Part shown: positions 8,740 through 18,544 of the stretch, one piece after another | Layout: each line of letters starts with the position of its first letter | Numbering within the stretch: position 1 is the stretch's first letter | From: Alphaproteobacteria bacterium | Lineage (GTDB): Bacteria; Pseudomonadota; Alphaproteobacteria; SP197 | Length of the DNA: 64,000 nucleotides | Reading direction: 5' to 3' | Assembly: GCA_965228895.1 (NCBI GenBank) | Contig: OZ245842.1 | Span: 2,944,001-3,008,000, forward strand | Translations under genes and position numbers: made by a program | The notes under the pieces: generated by a model | Database searches by the model: none | What the model was told of the DNA's origin: nothing | Seen by the model: the letters and a program-made list of their open reading frames with translations, nothing else

Positions 8740-10014
8740 TCAGGAACCACGCGCCATCGCCATAAGCGTCTCGACGTAGCGATCGGCGAAGGCCTCGGCG
8801 GCGGCGCGGTCACGCATCGGTTCGTCGTAACCGAACGAAAGACACGCGCCCGCGGCTGTCGAGACAATCGCGACCATGACGGGATGCAGGCCGTGGTTCT
8901 GCGACGGCATGATCAAGATACGGGATATGCCGACCTGTCGTGCGGACAAGCGATCGAGGTCACCGACATCCGAGACACAGATGCCGCTCGCGAACACCTC
9001 GCTCGACGCGGCGATCTGGTCGGCCTGTGCGACCGTAGTTTCGAGCGGCACACGGGTCTCCATCAGAAGCGCCGGTGGGCGGTTGTCGCGAAGCCTTTCA
9101 CCCATGGCGCGCGCGAGTTCGATCAGGCTGAGATCGGCGTGCTCGGGACCGGCGAAGATGTTGATGGAGGCCACAAACTCGCCGACGGTGGTTCGCGAAA
9201 TTGCCGGTTCGCAATCGGCGCGCACATCGGTCGGTTCGACAATTCCTGTCCACGGCGTGTGCCCCGGCAACGCGGGTCCCGCACGCACCGCAGCGGCGCA
9301 AAAGCCCGCGGCCAGATGGATGCCCTCACCGTGCAATCGATCGTGCAACGCCTGAAGATCCCCGCTCGGGAGAACCCTGAGTAGGGCGCGCGGCTGTCGG
9401 TCTTTTGCCGGGGCGCCCCTATCGACCGGCCAGATGGCATCGTCTGGCCATTCGGCGAAGATGCCGGCCTCGCCTTTCAGTCCGGCTGCCGCCAGCGCGC
9501 GTTCGGGCGCGTCGGTCAGCGTCAGCGAAGCTCGGTCGAGGGCATCGGGATCACGGGCCAGAAGATCGATCTCGTTGAACACAACCAGCGCGGAACGCCC
9601 GTCGATGGCCGCGTGATTGGTCACCAAGATCAGCCAAACCGCCTTTCCCGACGCATCCGTCAGCACCACCAGCCGCCATGACGTCACGGCGACATCGTCT
9701 AAAATGGCCGCTTCACGCGCATAGACCGCCTCCATGTCGAACGGCTCGCCTATGGCCTCCGTCCTGATCTCAATGGTCTCGAACGGCACATCGCACACCC
9801 ACCACAGATTGTTGCGCGTCTCGATACGCCCGCGCATGAGCGGATGGCGGCCGTGGATGATCTTGAGAGCGCGACGGAGATTGGCAACGTCCATCGGCCG
9901 CTGCAACTCCGCCATGGCGACCAGTTGCACAGCGCCATTGCAACGCCTTTTCAGCTCGACAAGCAACGCCTCCTGCGGGCCTAGCTCTCGCTCGAAGACG
10001 TCCGTATTTCTCAT
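8740..10014 (-). CDS. Stand-alone condensation-domain / CoA-dependent acyltransferase (PapA5/Atf-like)
   Basis: RHPLMR and NHAAIDG (HxxxDG) motifs; 424 aa. Confidence 0.7.
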   Translation of the reverse strand: MRNTDVFERELGPQEALLVELKRRCNGAVQLVAMAELQRPMDVANLRRALKIIHGRHPLMRGRIETRNNLWWVCDVPFETIEIRTEAIGEPFDMEAVYAREAAILDDVAVTSWRLVVLTDASGKAVWLILVTNHAAIDGRSALVVFNEIDLLARDPDALDRASLTLTDAPERALAAAGLKGEAGIFAEWPDDAIWPVDRGAPAKDRQPRALLRVLPSGDLQALHDRLHGEGIHLAAGFCAAAVRAGPALPGHTPWTGIVEPTDVRADCEPAISRTTVGEFVASINIFAGPEHADLSLIELARAMGERLRDNRPPALLMETRVPLETTVAQADQIAASSEVFASGICVSDVGDLDRLSARQVGISRILIMPSQNHGLHPVMVAIVSTAAGACLSFGYDEPMRDRAAAEAFADRYVETLMAMARGS

Positions 10015-10051
10015 GTTGAACCCGTCATTTCGCTTGTCGGTATTCTGCCTG

Positions 10052-10819
10052 CTAAGTCTTGAGCTTTGTCATCGCCTTATCGAACTCGCGCCGGTTGATC
10101 GGGCAGGTGCTGACCAAGTGCCCGTCGCAGACGACGTGAAACACGCCATAGGCCGACGGCGCACGGCGGCGCACGTCTTTGGCCGACGTTAGTTCGACCT
10201 CATTGAAGGCAACTCCATAGTCGTCTGCGGCCTCGCGCAACATGGTGACGGTGTCGTCGATATAGGGACATTGGTCTGAGCGCATGACCGTCAGGCCCTT
10301 GCCCAGGGCGGCGCGCTTCTTCTCCCAATTGCCGGTGAACGTCGGCAGGTCAACGTCGCCCCAAGACTTCACCATCAACGAGAACGTGGGCGGCGCTTCT
10401 TCGACGCAGGTGAAGCCGTGTTTTTCGAGGAAGCGCCGGCCGATCAGCCAGTTGCCTTCGCTCGTCACCATCGCAATGCCGGGGAAACCCGCGCGCTTCG
10501 CCTCGTTGACGGCGAGGTCCATAAGGTGGCCACTCAGGCCACTGCCCTTACTGCGCCCGACGACCCACAGACAGTGGATGACAAGATAGTCCGCCGCCTC
10601 GATCGACCGCCACGCATAGGCGCCAGGGATCGTCTCGACAAACCCGCGGCCGCCATCCCGGATCATGTGGATCTTCAGGCCTTCGGCGAAACGTTTGTCG
10701 AGCCACGCGCGTTTTCGTTTGTAGCCGTCAGCCTTGCGTCGGCTCATCAAACAGAAAAACCCAGTCTCGTCCACGTTGTCCGGACCGACCTCAACAATGT
10801 TGAACGCGCCGGCAGCCAT
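10052..10819 (-). CDS. GNAT acetyltransferase with YoaP-like C-terminal domain
   Basis: IHCLWVVG...KGSGL, SDQCPY, APSAYGVF pattern. Confidence 0.75.
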   Translation of the reverse strand: MAAGAFNIVEVGPDNVDETGFFCLMSRRKADGYKRKRAWLDKRFAEGLKIHMIRDGGRGFVETIPGAYAWRSIEAADYLVIHCLWVVGRSKGSGLSGHLMDLAVNEAKRAGFPGIAMVTSEGNWLIGRRFLEKHGFTCVEEAPPTFSLMVKSWGDVDLPTFTGNWEKKRAALGKGLTVMRSDQCPYIDDTVTMLREAADDYGVAFNEVELTSAKDVRRRAPSAYGVFHVVCDGHLVSTCPINRREFDKAMTKLKT

Positions 10820-10824
10820 CGCGG

Positions 10825-12864
10825 CTAAAGATCCTTGACCAACCGCAGGGCATCGTAGACCGCCGCATGAATGTTGCGACTGGCAACGCAATCGCCGATG
10901 CGAAAGAGCTGGAAGCGTCCGTCCGGGTTGGTGCGTAGGGCCTGCGGCTCGCCCGCGATCAACGCGTCATAGTCGGTCTGGCCACGATTGACCGAAAGCT
11001 CCTTGAGTTCGCCATAGAGCCCGTCATTGGCGAGCGTGCCGTAATCGGAGACGACCTGATCGACGACACGCTCTTCCTCCTCGTGGCTGTAGTCGTTGTG
11101 CAGGAGACAGACCAGATGACCGTTCTCGCGGTAGATCTGTTTGAGATGGTGGTCAGGCGTCAACAGGACGTCCGACTTATAGAGGTTCTGCATGTGGGTC
11201 GGCAGGTTGGTGGCGCCAACCTCCTCGCCGATCATGCGCCCATTGGTCACGACTTCGACCAGCGCGCCGCGCTCGGCCAGGAACTCCGCACAGGACGGGC
11301 CCTGCTGCATGCCACTCTCGTCGTAGAGCAACACGTTCTTCGCAGGCTCGACCGCGCCGGTCAGAATGTCCCAGACACTGGCGGCCAGGTCGGCGCCATC
11401 GTAATAGCCGGTGTTGGGCCGCCCGCCGGTCGCCAGGATCACCACGTCCGGGTTCTCATTCACAATGGCGTCACGGGTCGCTTCGGTGCCGTAGCGTTGG
11501 TCAATGCCCAGTTTCGTCACCTGCCCATCGAACCAGCGCACGATGCCCGATAGATTTTCGCGCCACGGTGCCTTGGCCGCGATGTTGATCTGACCGCCGG
11601 GTTGTTCAGCCATCTCGAACAGGATGACATCGTGACCGCGTTCGGCGGCGACGCGGGCCGCCTCCAGGCCACCTGGGCCTGCCCCGACCACGACCACCTT
11701 GCGCGCCGATGACGCCTTGTCGATGACATGGGGCATGGTCTGTTCGCGGCCGGTCGCGGCGTTGTACGCGCACAATGCCTCGCCGCCCATCGAGACCCGG
11801 TCGACACAATAGGTCGCGCCGACACACTGACGGATATCGTCGACGCGCCCTTCCACCAGTTTGTTGACGATATGCGGATCGGCGATGTGGGCTCGGGTCA
11901 TGGCAACCATGTCGATATGCCCCTCGGCGATGGCGCGATCGGCCGTCGGCAGATCGCGGATTGCCGAGGCATGCAGAACAGGGATGTCGACCTGGGCCTT
12001 CACCGCGCTTGCCAGATGGAGAAACGGCGCCGGCGGAAAGCTCATGTTCGGCATCAGCATAGCGAGCCCCGACCAGTCGGTGCCGTGACTTTGATAGACA
12101 GACAAGAAGTCGATCAGGCCGGACTGGGCGAAACGTGTCGCGATTGTCATGCAGTCGGACTGATCGAGGCCGCCTTCCAGAAGTTCGTCGCCGGACAGGC
12201 GCATGCCGACGATAAAGTCGTCGCCGACGGCCTCGCGGATCGCCTCGAACACCTCCAGGCCAAAGCGCATGCGGTTATCCAGGCTGCCACCGTAGCCGTC
12301 GGTCCGTTGGTTGACGCTGGGCGACAGAAAGGCATCGATCAGATGTTGCGCGGCGGCGATCACCTCGACGCCATCGAGGCCGCCTTCCCGGCAACGCTGG
12401 GCCGCGCGCGCGTAGCACGCGATGATGCGGCGGATGTCCCAATCTTCGGCTTCCTTCGGAAAGCTGCGGTGCAGCGGCTCACGCACCGGCGACGGCGCCA
12501 CCAGCGGCATCCAGTTGCCGCCGTCCCAACGCCCCCGCCGGCCTATATGGGTGATCTGGCACATGGTCGCCGCACCATGGCTGTGCACCCGCTCGGCGAG
12601 CGCCTTCAGGTGCGGGATGACATCGTCGTGGGCCACCGATAGCTGGCGGAACGGCAGCGGCGAATCCGGCGCGACCGACGACGAGCCGCCGAACATGGTA
12701 AGCGCAATGCCGCCCCTCGCTTTTTCCTCGTGATAGAGCTGGTAGCGCTCGCCCGGCATGCCATCCTCGGCATAGGCCGGCGCGTGCGCCGTCGACATGA
12801 TGCGGTTCCTGAGCGTCAGCCCCTTGATGGTCAGGGGTTTCAAAAGCGCGTCGTACTGGGCCAT
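10825..12864 (-). CDS. stcD: NADH:flavin oxidoreductase, N-methylproline demethylase StcD/HpbA-like
   Basis: OYE barrel plus FAD domain. HxPAYxEDGMP, HRSFPKxxEDWDI, CVGATYC and C-terminal RNIHAAVYDALRLVKDL closely resemble StcD as I recall it. Confidence 0.78.
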   Translation of the reverse strand: MAQYDALLKPLTIKGLTLRNRIMSTAHAPAYAEDGMPGERYQLYHEEKARGGIALTMFGGSSSVAPDSPLPFRQLSVAHDDVIPHLKALAERVHSHGAATMCQITHIGRRGRWDGGNWMPLVAPSPVREPLHRSFPKEAEDWDIRRIIACYARAAQRCREGGLDGVEVIAAAQHLIDAFLSPSVNQRTDGYGGSLDNRMRFGLEVFEAIREAVGDDFIVGMRLSGDELLEGGLDQSDCMTIATRFAQSGLIDFLSVYQSHGTDWSGLAMLMPNMSFPPAPFLHLASAVKAQVDIPVLHASAIRDLPTADRAIAEGHIDMVAMTRAHIADPHIVNKLVEGRVDDIRQCVGATYCVDRVSMGGEALCAYNAATGREQTMPHVIDKASSARKVVVVGAGPGGLEAARVAAERGHDVILFEMAEQPGGQINIAAKAPWRENLSGIVRWFDGQVTKLGIDQRYGTEATRDAIVNENPDVVILATGGRPNTGYYDGADLAASVWDILTGAVEPAKNVLLYDESGMQQGPSCAEFLAERGALVEVVTNGRMIGEEVGATNLPTHMQNLYKSDVLLTPDHHLKQIYRENGHLVCLLHNDYSHEEEERVVDQVVSDYGTLANDGLYGELKELSVNRGQTDYDALIAGEPQALRTNPDGRFQLFRIGDCVASRNIHAAVYDALRLVKDL

Positions 12865-12866
12865 CG

Positions 12867-13394
12867 TCAGCGAGCCCTCTGTCCGACGGCTGCGGCCAAG
12901 GTGGTCATCGCATCGGCCTCAAGGCGATAGTGACGGTGTCCCAAGTCGATCATCCCGATTGCCTCGTAAAACTCTATCGCCGGAAGTCCTTCCTCGACAA
13001 ACAGCTCGATACGAATCCAATCGCGCTCGACGGCAAGTCTCGCCACCTCTGCCATCAACTGCCGCGCGATGCCATGCTGGCGGTATTCTGGTCCGACATA
13101 GAGCGCATGAACAATGCCCATCGGCCGCCCCCTCCATCCGGCATAGCCGCGAAAGAACGAGACAAAGCCGATAACCGTTCGATCGACCTCGGCCGCGAGA
13201 GCCTCAAAGAGAGGGTCGACACCGAATCCCGCGCGAGAAATTGCATCGACCGTAAGTTGTGCATGGAAGCCGGGCCGATGGCTCTCGATCAGACAACACG
13301 TCAGGCGATGGAGCGCCTCGGCATCTTCGACACATGCCGGCCGCACGGAAGCCCGAACCAACGCGCGCTCCTGCGATCCGTGCACGGTCGGCAT
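12867..13394 (-). CDS. GNAT N-acetyltransferase
   Basis: LYVGPEYRQHGIARQLM acetyl-CoA motif, AIEFYEAIG; start uncertain. Confidence 0.75.
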   Translation of the reverse strand: MPTVHGSQERALVRASVRPACVEDAEALHRLTCCLIESHRPGFHAQLTVDAISRAGFGVDPLFEALAAEVDRTVIGFVSFFRGYAGWRGRPMGIVHALYVGPEYRQHGIARQLMAEVARLAVERDWIRIELFVEEGLPAIEFYEAIGMIDLGHRHYRLEADAMTTLAAAVGQRAR

Positions 13395-13407
13395 CCGCCT
13401 CGCCAGC

Positions 13408-14709
13408 CTAACGCGCGACGCGGTCGCGGTATTGGTAATAGCGCTGCACGATCGGCAGGAACCAGGGATTGCCGTCATAGAGCGGGATGGTCGGAAAGGC
13501 CAACCCCTCGAACGCGCACTCGGCTTCCGGCGTTCCCAGGATGCGCTGTGCGGTCTTGTAGCCGAGATAGGTCTGCTTCACGACGCCCGACCCATTGCAG
13601 GCGAGCGCAAAGTGCAGGCCATCCTTGACGCCGGTATGCGGCAGCTTGTCGAAGGCGAACGCGACGTTGCCTGTCCAGCTATGGGTGACCTTGATGTCTT
13701 TCAGTTCCGGGAACACGCCGGTCATGAAGTCGTGCAGGATTTTGCCGCTCTCGTGTGTCTCGACATCGCGCGTCTTGGCGCGGCCGCCGAAGATGACGCG
13801 CTTCCGGTCGGGCGACGGCCGGTAGTAGTAGAGGATCTTCTTGGTGTCGGCGATCATCCGGTGATTGGGGAACAACCGGTTCATGGTCTCGACCGGCAGT
13901 TCCTCGGTCGCGATGATGTAGCTGCCGACCGGGACCAGGCGGCGGCGGAAATTCTGCGCCGCGCGCGGCGTGTAGCCGTTGGTCATGACGGCGACCTCTT
14001 TGGCTCTGACCGTGCCGCGCGATGTCGTCACCTGGAATCCGTCGCCGTCCCGGCTGATGCGCTCGACCGGCGTGTGGGCCGCCAGCTTGACCCCGGCCGC
14101 CATCACGCGATCGAGGAACTCCTGATGGTAGACGGCCGGATGCAGACCGCCGCCCGACAACGTCACCTTGCCGCCGTGATAGATATCGGTCGCGACCTCG
14201 TTCGCCACATCGCCCTTGGCGATCATGTGGCCGGTATCGAGGCCGACTTCCTTTTTCACCAGGTCGGCGTCGCGCGCCATGGCTTCATAGTGGCTGGGGG
14301 CGTGGGCGCCGACGAAACGGCCGACCTTCTGATAGTGGCACTGCATCTGTTCGGACGCGATGAACTCGTCGAAAAACACCATGGCGTTGTTGGCTTCGCG
14401 CACCAGGGCGGCGGCCTTGGTCTGGCCGTACTTGGCCTTCAGCTCGCTGTAGCCCAGCTTGAGCCCGCCACCAGCCATGCCGCCGCTGCGCGAGCTGGCA
14501 CCGTAGCCGGGTTCGCTGGCTTCCAGGATCAGGACGTCACGCCCGGCGCGGGCCAGGTAGAGCGCGGCCGCCATGCCGGCATAGCCGGAGCCGACCACGG
14601 CCACGTCGACGGTTTCGGGCAAGGCGATCGGAACGAACTCAGGCCGGGGCGCCTCCTCCCACCAATAGGGCGTTGCCTTCCAGTCGTCGGCAAACGGGGC
14701 CTCGGCCAT
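13408..14709 (-). CDS. FAD-dependent oxidoreductase (DAO family, PuuB/OrdL-like)
   Basis: VAVVGSGYAG, GASSRSGG, TNGY, CNGSGV; GGAGG RBS. Confidence 0.88.
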   Translation of the reverse strand: MAEAPFADDWKATPYWWEEAPRPEFVPIALPETVDVAVVGSGYAGMAAALYLARAGRDVLILEASEPGYGASSRSGGMAGGGLKLGYSELKAKYGQTKAAALVREANNAMVFFDEFIASEQMQCHYQKVGRFVGAHAPSHYEAMARDADLVKKEVGLDTGHMIAKGDVANEVATDIYHGGKVTLSGGGLHPAVYHQEFLDRVMAAGVKLAAHTPVERISRDGDGFQVTTSRGTVRAKEVAVMTNGYTPRAAQNFRRRLVPVGSYIIATEELPVETMNRLFPNHRMIADTKKILYYYRPSPDRKRVIFGGRAKTRDVETHESGKILHDFMTGVFPELKDIKVTHSWTGNVAFAFDKLPHTGVKDGLHFALACNGSGVVKQTYLGYKTAQRILGTPEAECAFEGLAFPTIPLYDGNPWFLPIVQRYYQYRDRVAR

Positions 14710-14783
14710 GGGTGTCCTCCTGTGTTTCACCGCAACCTAGCGGATTCACGCCGCCACCGACAAGACGGGCGAACCCGACCAAA

Positions 14784-14810
14784 GGCGACCTTGGTCTCGT
14801 TGTCGGCGAC
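14784..14810 (-). promoter_or_regulatory. Candidate GATR-AraC operator
   Basis: GTCGCC twice on the minus strand with exact 21-bp period, in the divergent intergenic region. Confidence 0.45.
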
Positions 14811-14879
14811 GGAAACTGGCCGTTTTGCCGTGCAACCGCGTGTCATAAGCAGCCCGGCAGGCCCGAGGAGGCAGTAACG

Positions 14880-16451
14880 ATGAACGAAGAGGCACCGAGC
14901 GGACGGCGCGGCAGGCGCCATCGCGGCGAACACGGCGGCAGCGGCGCGCGGCGCGCCCAGCGCAGCCACAAGTATTCGACCGACGCCCTGCCCTATATCC
15001 AGCGCAACATCCCGCTGACGGAGGTGCTGACCGAAGAGGCGCTGGAGATCATCGAAAACAATGCCGAAACGGTCATGGAAGAGGTCGGCATCGCCATCCA
15101 CGACGACCAGGAGGTCGTCGACCTGTGGAAGGAGGCCGGCGCCGATGTCGGCAAGGACGGCCAAACGCTCCACGTGCCCCGCGGCCTGGCGCGCAAGCTG
15201 ATTTCGACCGCGCCCAACCACTTCATCCAGCATGCCCGCAACCCCGACCGCAAGGTCAAGATCGGCGACGGCGCGACCGTCTTCGCGCCGGTCTACGGCC
15301 CGCCCTTCATCCGCAATCTGGACGATGGCCGGCGCTACGCGACAATCGAGGATTTCCGCAACTTCGTGAAGCTGGCCTATATGACGCCGGCCATGCACCA
15401 TTCCGGCGGCACAGTGTGCGAGCCGGTCGATATCCCGGTCAACAAGCGTCACCTGGATATGGTCTATTCCCATATCCGCTATTCCGACAAACCGTTCATG
15501 GGTTCGGTGACGGCGCCGGAGCGCGCCGAAGACACGGTGGCGATGGCGAAGCTGGTGTTCGGCGATCAGTTCGTCGAAGACAATTGCTGCATCATCAACC
15601 TGATCAACGCCAACTCGCCGATGACCTTCGACGGCACCATGCTGGGCGCGTTGAAGGTCTATGCCCGTCACAACCAGGCCTGCGTCGTCTCGCCGTTCAT
15701 TCTGGCCGGCGCCATGAGCCCGGTGACCGTCGCCGGCACGCTGGCCCAGTTGCTGGCCGAAGCCATGGTCGGCATGGCGACGACCCAGTTGGTCCGGCCT
15801 GGCGCACCGGTGGTGTTCGGCACCTTCGGCAGCTCGATCTCCATGCAGTCGGGCGCGCCGACCTTCGGCACGCCGGAACCGACCCAGGTGCTGCTGGGCA
15901 GCGCGCAACTGGCGCGCCGTCTGGGCGTGCCGTTCCGTTCCGGCGGATCGTTGTGCGGCTCCAAGATCGCCGACGCGCAGGCGGCCTATGAAAGCGCCAA
16001 CACGCTGCTGCCGACGATGCTGGGCGGCGTCAACTTTGTGCTGCACGCGGCCGGCTGGCTCGAAGGCGGTTTGGCGTCCGGATACGAGAAGTTCGTCATG
16101 GACGCCGATCAGCTCGGCATGATGCAGGTGCTGGCCCGTGGCGTCGACATCTCGGAGAACGGCCAGGCGATGGATGCCATCCGCGAGGTCGGCCCGGGTA
16201 GTCACTTCCTGGGCTGCGCCCACACCCAGGCCAACTTCGAGACCGCGTTCTACCGCTCGACCATCGCCGACAACAACAGCTTCGAGCAGTGGGAAGCCGA
16301 AGGCAGCCAGGATGCCATGCAGCGCGCCAACAAGCTGTGGAAGGAGATGCTGGCATCCTACGAGGCGCCTGCCATCGACCAGAGCGTCGACGAGGCGCTC
16401 AACGCCTTCATCGCCGAAAAAAAGGCTGCGGTGCCCGATTCCTTCACTTGA
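14880..16451 (+). CDS. MttB-superfamily (non-pyrrolysine) quaternary amine:corrinoid methyltransferase
   Basis: PVYGPPF, GGTVCEPVDIP, SDKPFMG, SMQSGAPTFGTPE, HAAGWLEGG; no in-frame TAG; GAGGAGG RBS. Confidence 0.92.
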   Translation: MNEEAPSGRRGRRHRGEHGGSGARRAQRSHKYSTDALPYIQRNIPLTEVLTEEALEIIENNAETVMEEVGIAIHDDQEVVDLWKEAGADVGKDGQTLHVPRGLARKLISTAPNHFIQHARNPDRKVKIGDGATVFAPVYGPPFIRNLDDGRRYATIEDFRNFVKLAYMTPAMHHSGGTVCEPVDIPVNKRHLDMVYSHIRYSDKPFMGSVTAPERAEDTVAMAKLVFGDQFVEDNCCIINLINANSPMTFDGTMLGALKVYARHNQACVVSPFILAGAMSPVTVAGTLAQLLAEAMVGMATTQLVRPGAPVVFGTFGSSISMQSGAPTFGTPEPTQVLLGSAQLARRLGVPFRSGGSLCGSKIADAQAAYESANTLLPTMLGGVNFVLHAAGWLEGGLASGYEKFVMDADQLGMMQVLARGVDISENGQAMDAIREVGPGSHFLGCAHTQANFETAFYRSTIADNNSFEQWEAEGSQDAMQRANKLWKEMLASYEAPAIDQSVDEALNAFIAEKKAAVPDSFT

Positions 16452-16675
16452 GTTTGGTTAACAAGGGCCAGATGCCGCCCGTGACGGCTGTCACCCTTCG
16501 TGGCGCTACCCCGTCTGGCCGATAGGCGTATCGGACGTCGTTTGATAGACTTTCGCTCCGCGCACGGCCTCTCGGACATCGTTTGGTGCCGGACGGCCGC
16601 ACGACTTCGACCATAAGGACCAGAGCCCGGCCGCCGAGCCGATGGTGTTCGACGGGCGGCCGATGACCATCTGCC

Positions 16676-17935
16676 ATGCATATCGACATTGTCGACGATT
16701 ACGAGAGTTTTCTTGCGCTGAAGGATGACTGGGAGTCCGTCTATGCGGATGATCCCGAAGCACATTTTTTCCTGTCGTGGACATGGATGACCAAGTGGCT
16801 GGATTCGGCGATTTCCGAGTGGGAGATTGTGGTTGCCCGTGACGACGAAAACGGTGGGCGGTGCGTCGCCGTTCTTCCACTGCGGATCAGGGCCTTTCCG
16901 GCAAAGAACGGCACGCTCTATACCGAAATCTGGATGGCGGCCCAAGGCGTCGCCGACTATGTCGGTTTCTTGTGCCGCCCGGGTGCGGAAGAAAGCGCCC
17001 TTCCGGCCATGGCCGACTATATCAAGACGCTCAAGTGGAACGGCTTGAACCTGCGTTGTTTCGATGCGTCGGAAACGCGCGCCAAATTATGGACGGACGC
17101 GTTTCCGCGCTCTGACTTCAAGCTGAAGCGCGTGACGTCGACCGACAACGAAGAAGGCTACGACAATTCCGTTTGCCCCTACGTGACATTGCCGGATGAC
17201 TGGGACACCTATCTCGACACCCAGGTCAGCACCAACACGCGCCAGAAGATCCGGCGTTTCCTGAGAAAAGTCGAGAACAGCGACGAGTACAGCATCACCG
17301 TGACGAGTCCTGAGACGTTGGAGCGGGACTATGCGGTGCTGAACAAGCTGTGGGAAGACAAGTGGGGTCAGTCAAAGGGCGAAATGGTAACGCAGATCTT
17401 CTACAGGATCCGCCGGACCATGCTGACCCACTGCCTGGAGCACGACGCGCTGTTCATGCCGATTCTCTGGCACAACGACAAACCGGTCGGCGCCCTGGGC
17501 TCGATCGTCGATCCGGTCAAGAAGTCGATGCTGTTTTTGATCGCAGGCCGTGACGTGAAAGCCAAGGGTCCGCCAAGCGGCCTGGTCTTGCATGCCTACA
17601 GCATACGCCATGCCATCCAGCGCGGCCTCAAGACTTATGATTTCCTTCGCGGCAACGAGCCCTACAAGTACTCCTTCGGCTCCCAGGAACGGCGGATCAA
17701 GTATCTGATGGTCGAACGCAAGATCGCCAGCAAACAGCTGGACCCGCGTTGCGTAGGTTCTGCCATAGAGATGACGAAGCGAATGCAGGCATCCGGCAGG
17801 CTGACCGAGGCCGAACGCGGTTATCGCCAAATTCTCAAGATCCAGCCCGAGAATGAAACCGCCCAACAACATCTCGATCAAGTCGTGGCGGCGAAAAGCC
17901 GTTCCAAGGCCGCCAACAAGAGATTGAACGCTTAA
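16676..17935 (+). CDS. CelD/BcsL-type GNAT acetyltransferase with C-terminal TPR-like helix
   Basis: FFLSWTW, YDFLRGNEPYKYSFG; C-terminal GRLTEAERGYRQILKIQPEN. Confidence 0.8.
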   Translation: MHIDIVDDYESFLALKDDWESVYADDPEAHFFLSWTWMTKWLDSAISEWEIVVARDDENGGRCVAVLPLRIRAFPAKNGTLYTEIWMAAQGVADYVGFLCRPGAEESALPAMADYIKTLKWNGLNLRCFDASETRAKLWTDAFPRSDFKLKRVTSTDNEEGYDNSVCPYVTLPDDWDTYLDTQVSTNTRQKIRRFLRKVENSDEYSITVTSPETLERDYAVLNKLWEDKWGQSKGEMVTQIFYRIRRTMLTHCLEHDALFMPILWHNDKPVGALGSIVDPVKKSMLFLIAGRDVKAKGPPSGLVLHAYSIRHAIQRGLKTYDFLRGNEPYKYSFGSQERRIKYLMVERKIASKQLDPRCVGSAIEMTKRMQASGRLTEAERGYRQILKIQPENETAQQHLDQVVAAKSRSKAANKRLNA

Positions 17936-17949
17936 GGCGTCTGCAGAGA

Positions 17950-18516
17950 TTGACAAAAACTCTCCGTCAATCCGCAAGATTTGTAAGCGGTCCGATGGCG
18001 ATTGCCGTGCTGCTGATGACAGCATGCGCGTTACCATCACACGAGAGCAACGCGTCTGAAGACAAGATCGCCGACTTGATCGAGGCGCGGCTGGCGCTCA
18101 TGAAAGACGTTGCGGCTTACAAGTTCCTCAACGACATTGCAATCGAGGACAAGGAACGCGAGGCGGTGGTTCTAAGCCGTGCCGTCGATCAGGCAGAGGC
18201 GGCCGGTTTGGATGGTGCGTCCGTCGCGCCCTTTTTCACCGCCCAGATCGATGCCGCAAAGGTCATTCAGCAATGCTGGTTCGTACGCTGGCGGCAGGAC
18301 GAAGCGGACATTCCCGAGGGTACGCCCGACCTGCAGAACGACATTAGGCCCCGTTTGATCGACATCGGCAACGACCTCGTGACCGCGATCGCCGACTTGG
18401 CGGCCGAAGGTGCCCATCTCGACCGCGTGTCGGCGCCGCGTCTCGAATGCCTACCGAATGACAAGGCCGAGGCGATCACGACGAGCCTGTCCGGAGTTTT
18501 CGCAGCGACGGACTAA
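17950..18516 (+). CDS. aroQ: Secreted chorismate mutase (AroQ gamma subclass)
   Basis: Signal peptide, RLALMKDVAAYK, IEDKEREAVVL, QIDAAKVIQ, PDLxxxIRP. Confidence 0.85.
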   Translation: MTKTLRQSARFVSGPMAIAVLLMTACALPSHESNASEDKIADLIEARLALMKDVAAYKFLNDIAIEDKEREAVVLSRAVDQAEAAGLDGASVAPFFTAQIDAAKVIQQCWFVRWRQDEADIPEGTPDLQNDIRPRLIDIGNDLVTAIADLAAEGAHLDRVSAPRLECLPNDKAEAITTSLSGVFAATD

Positions 18517-18544
18517 CCCGCACCAGTGACGTTTTCGCCAAGCA

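Noticed and set aside
14880-16451. Pyrrolysine recoding in MttB genes
   Set aside because: Both MttB ORFs are continuous with no in-frame TAG.
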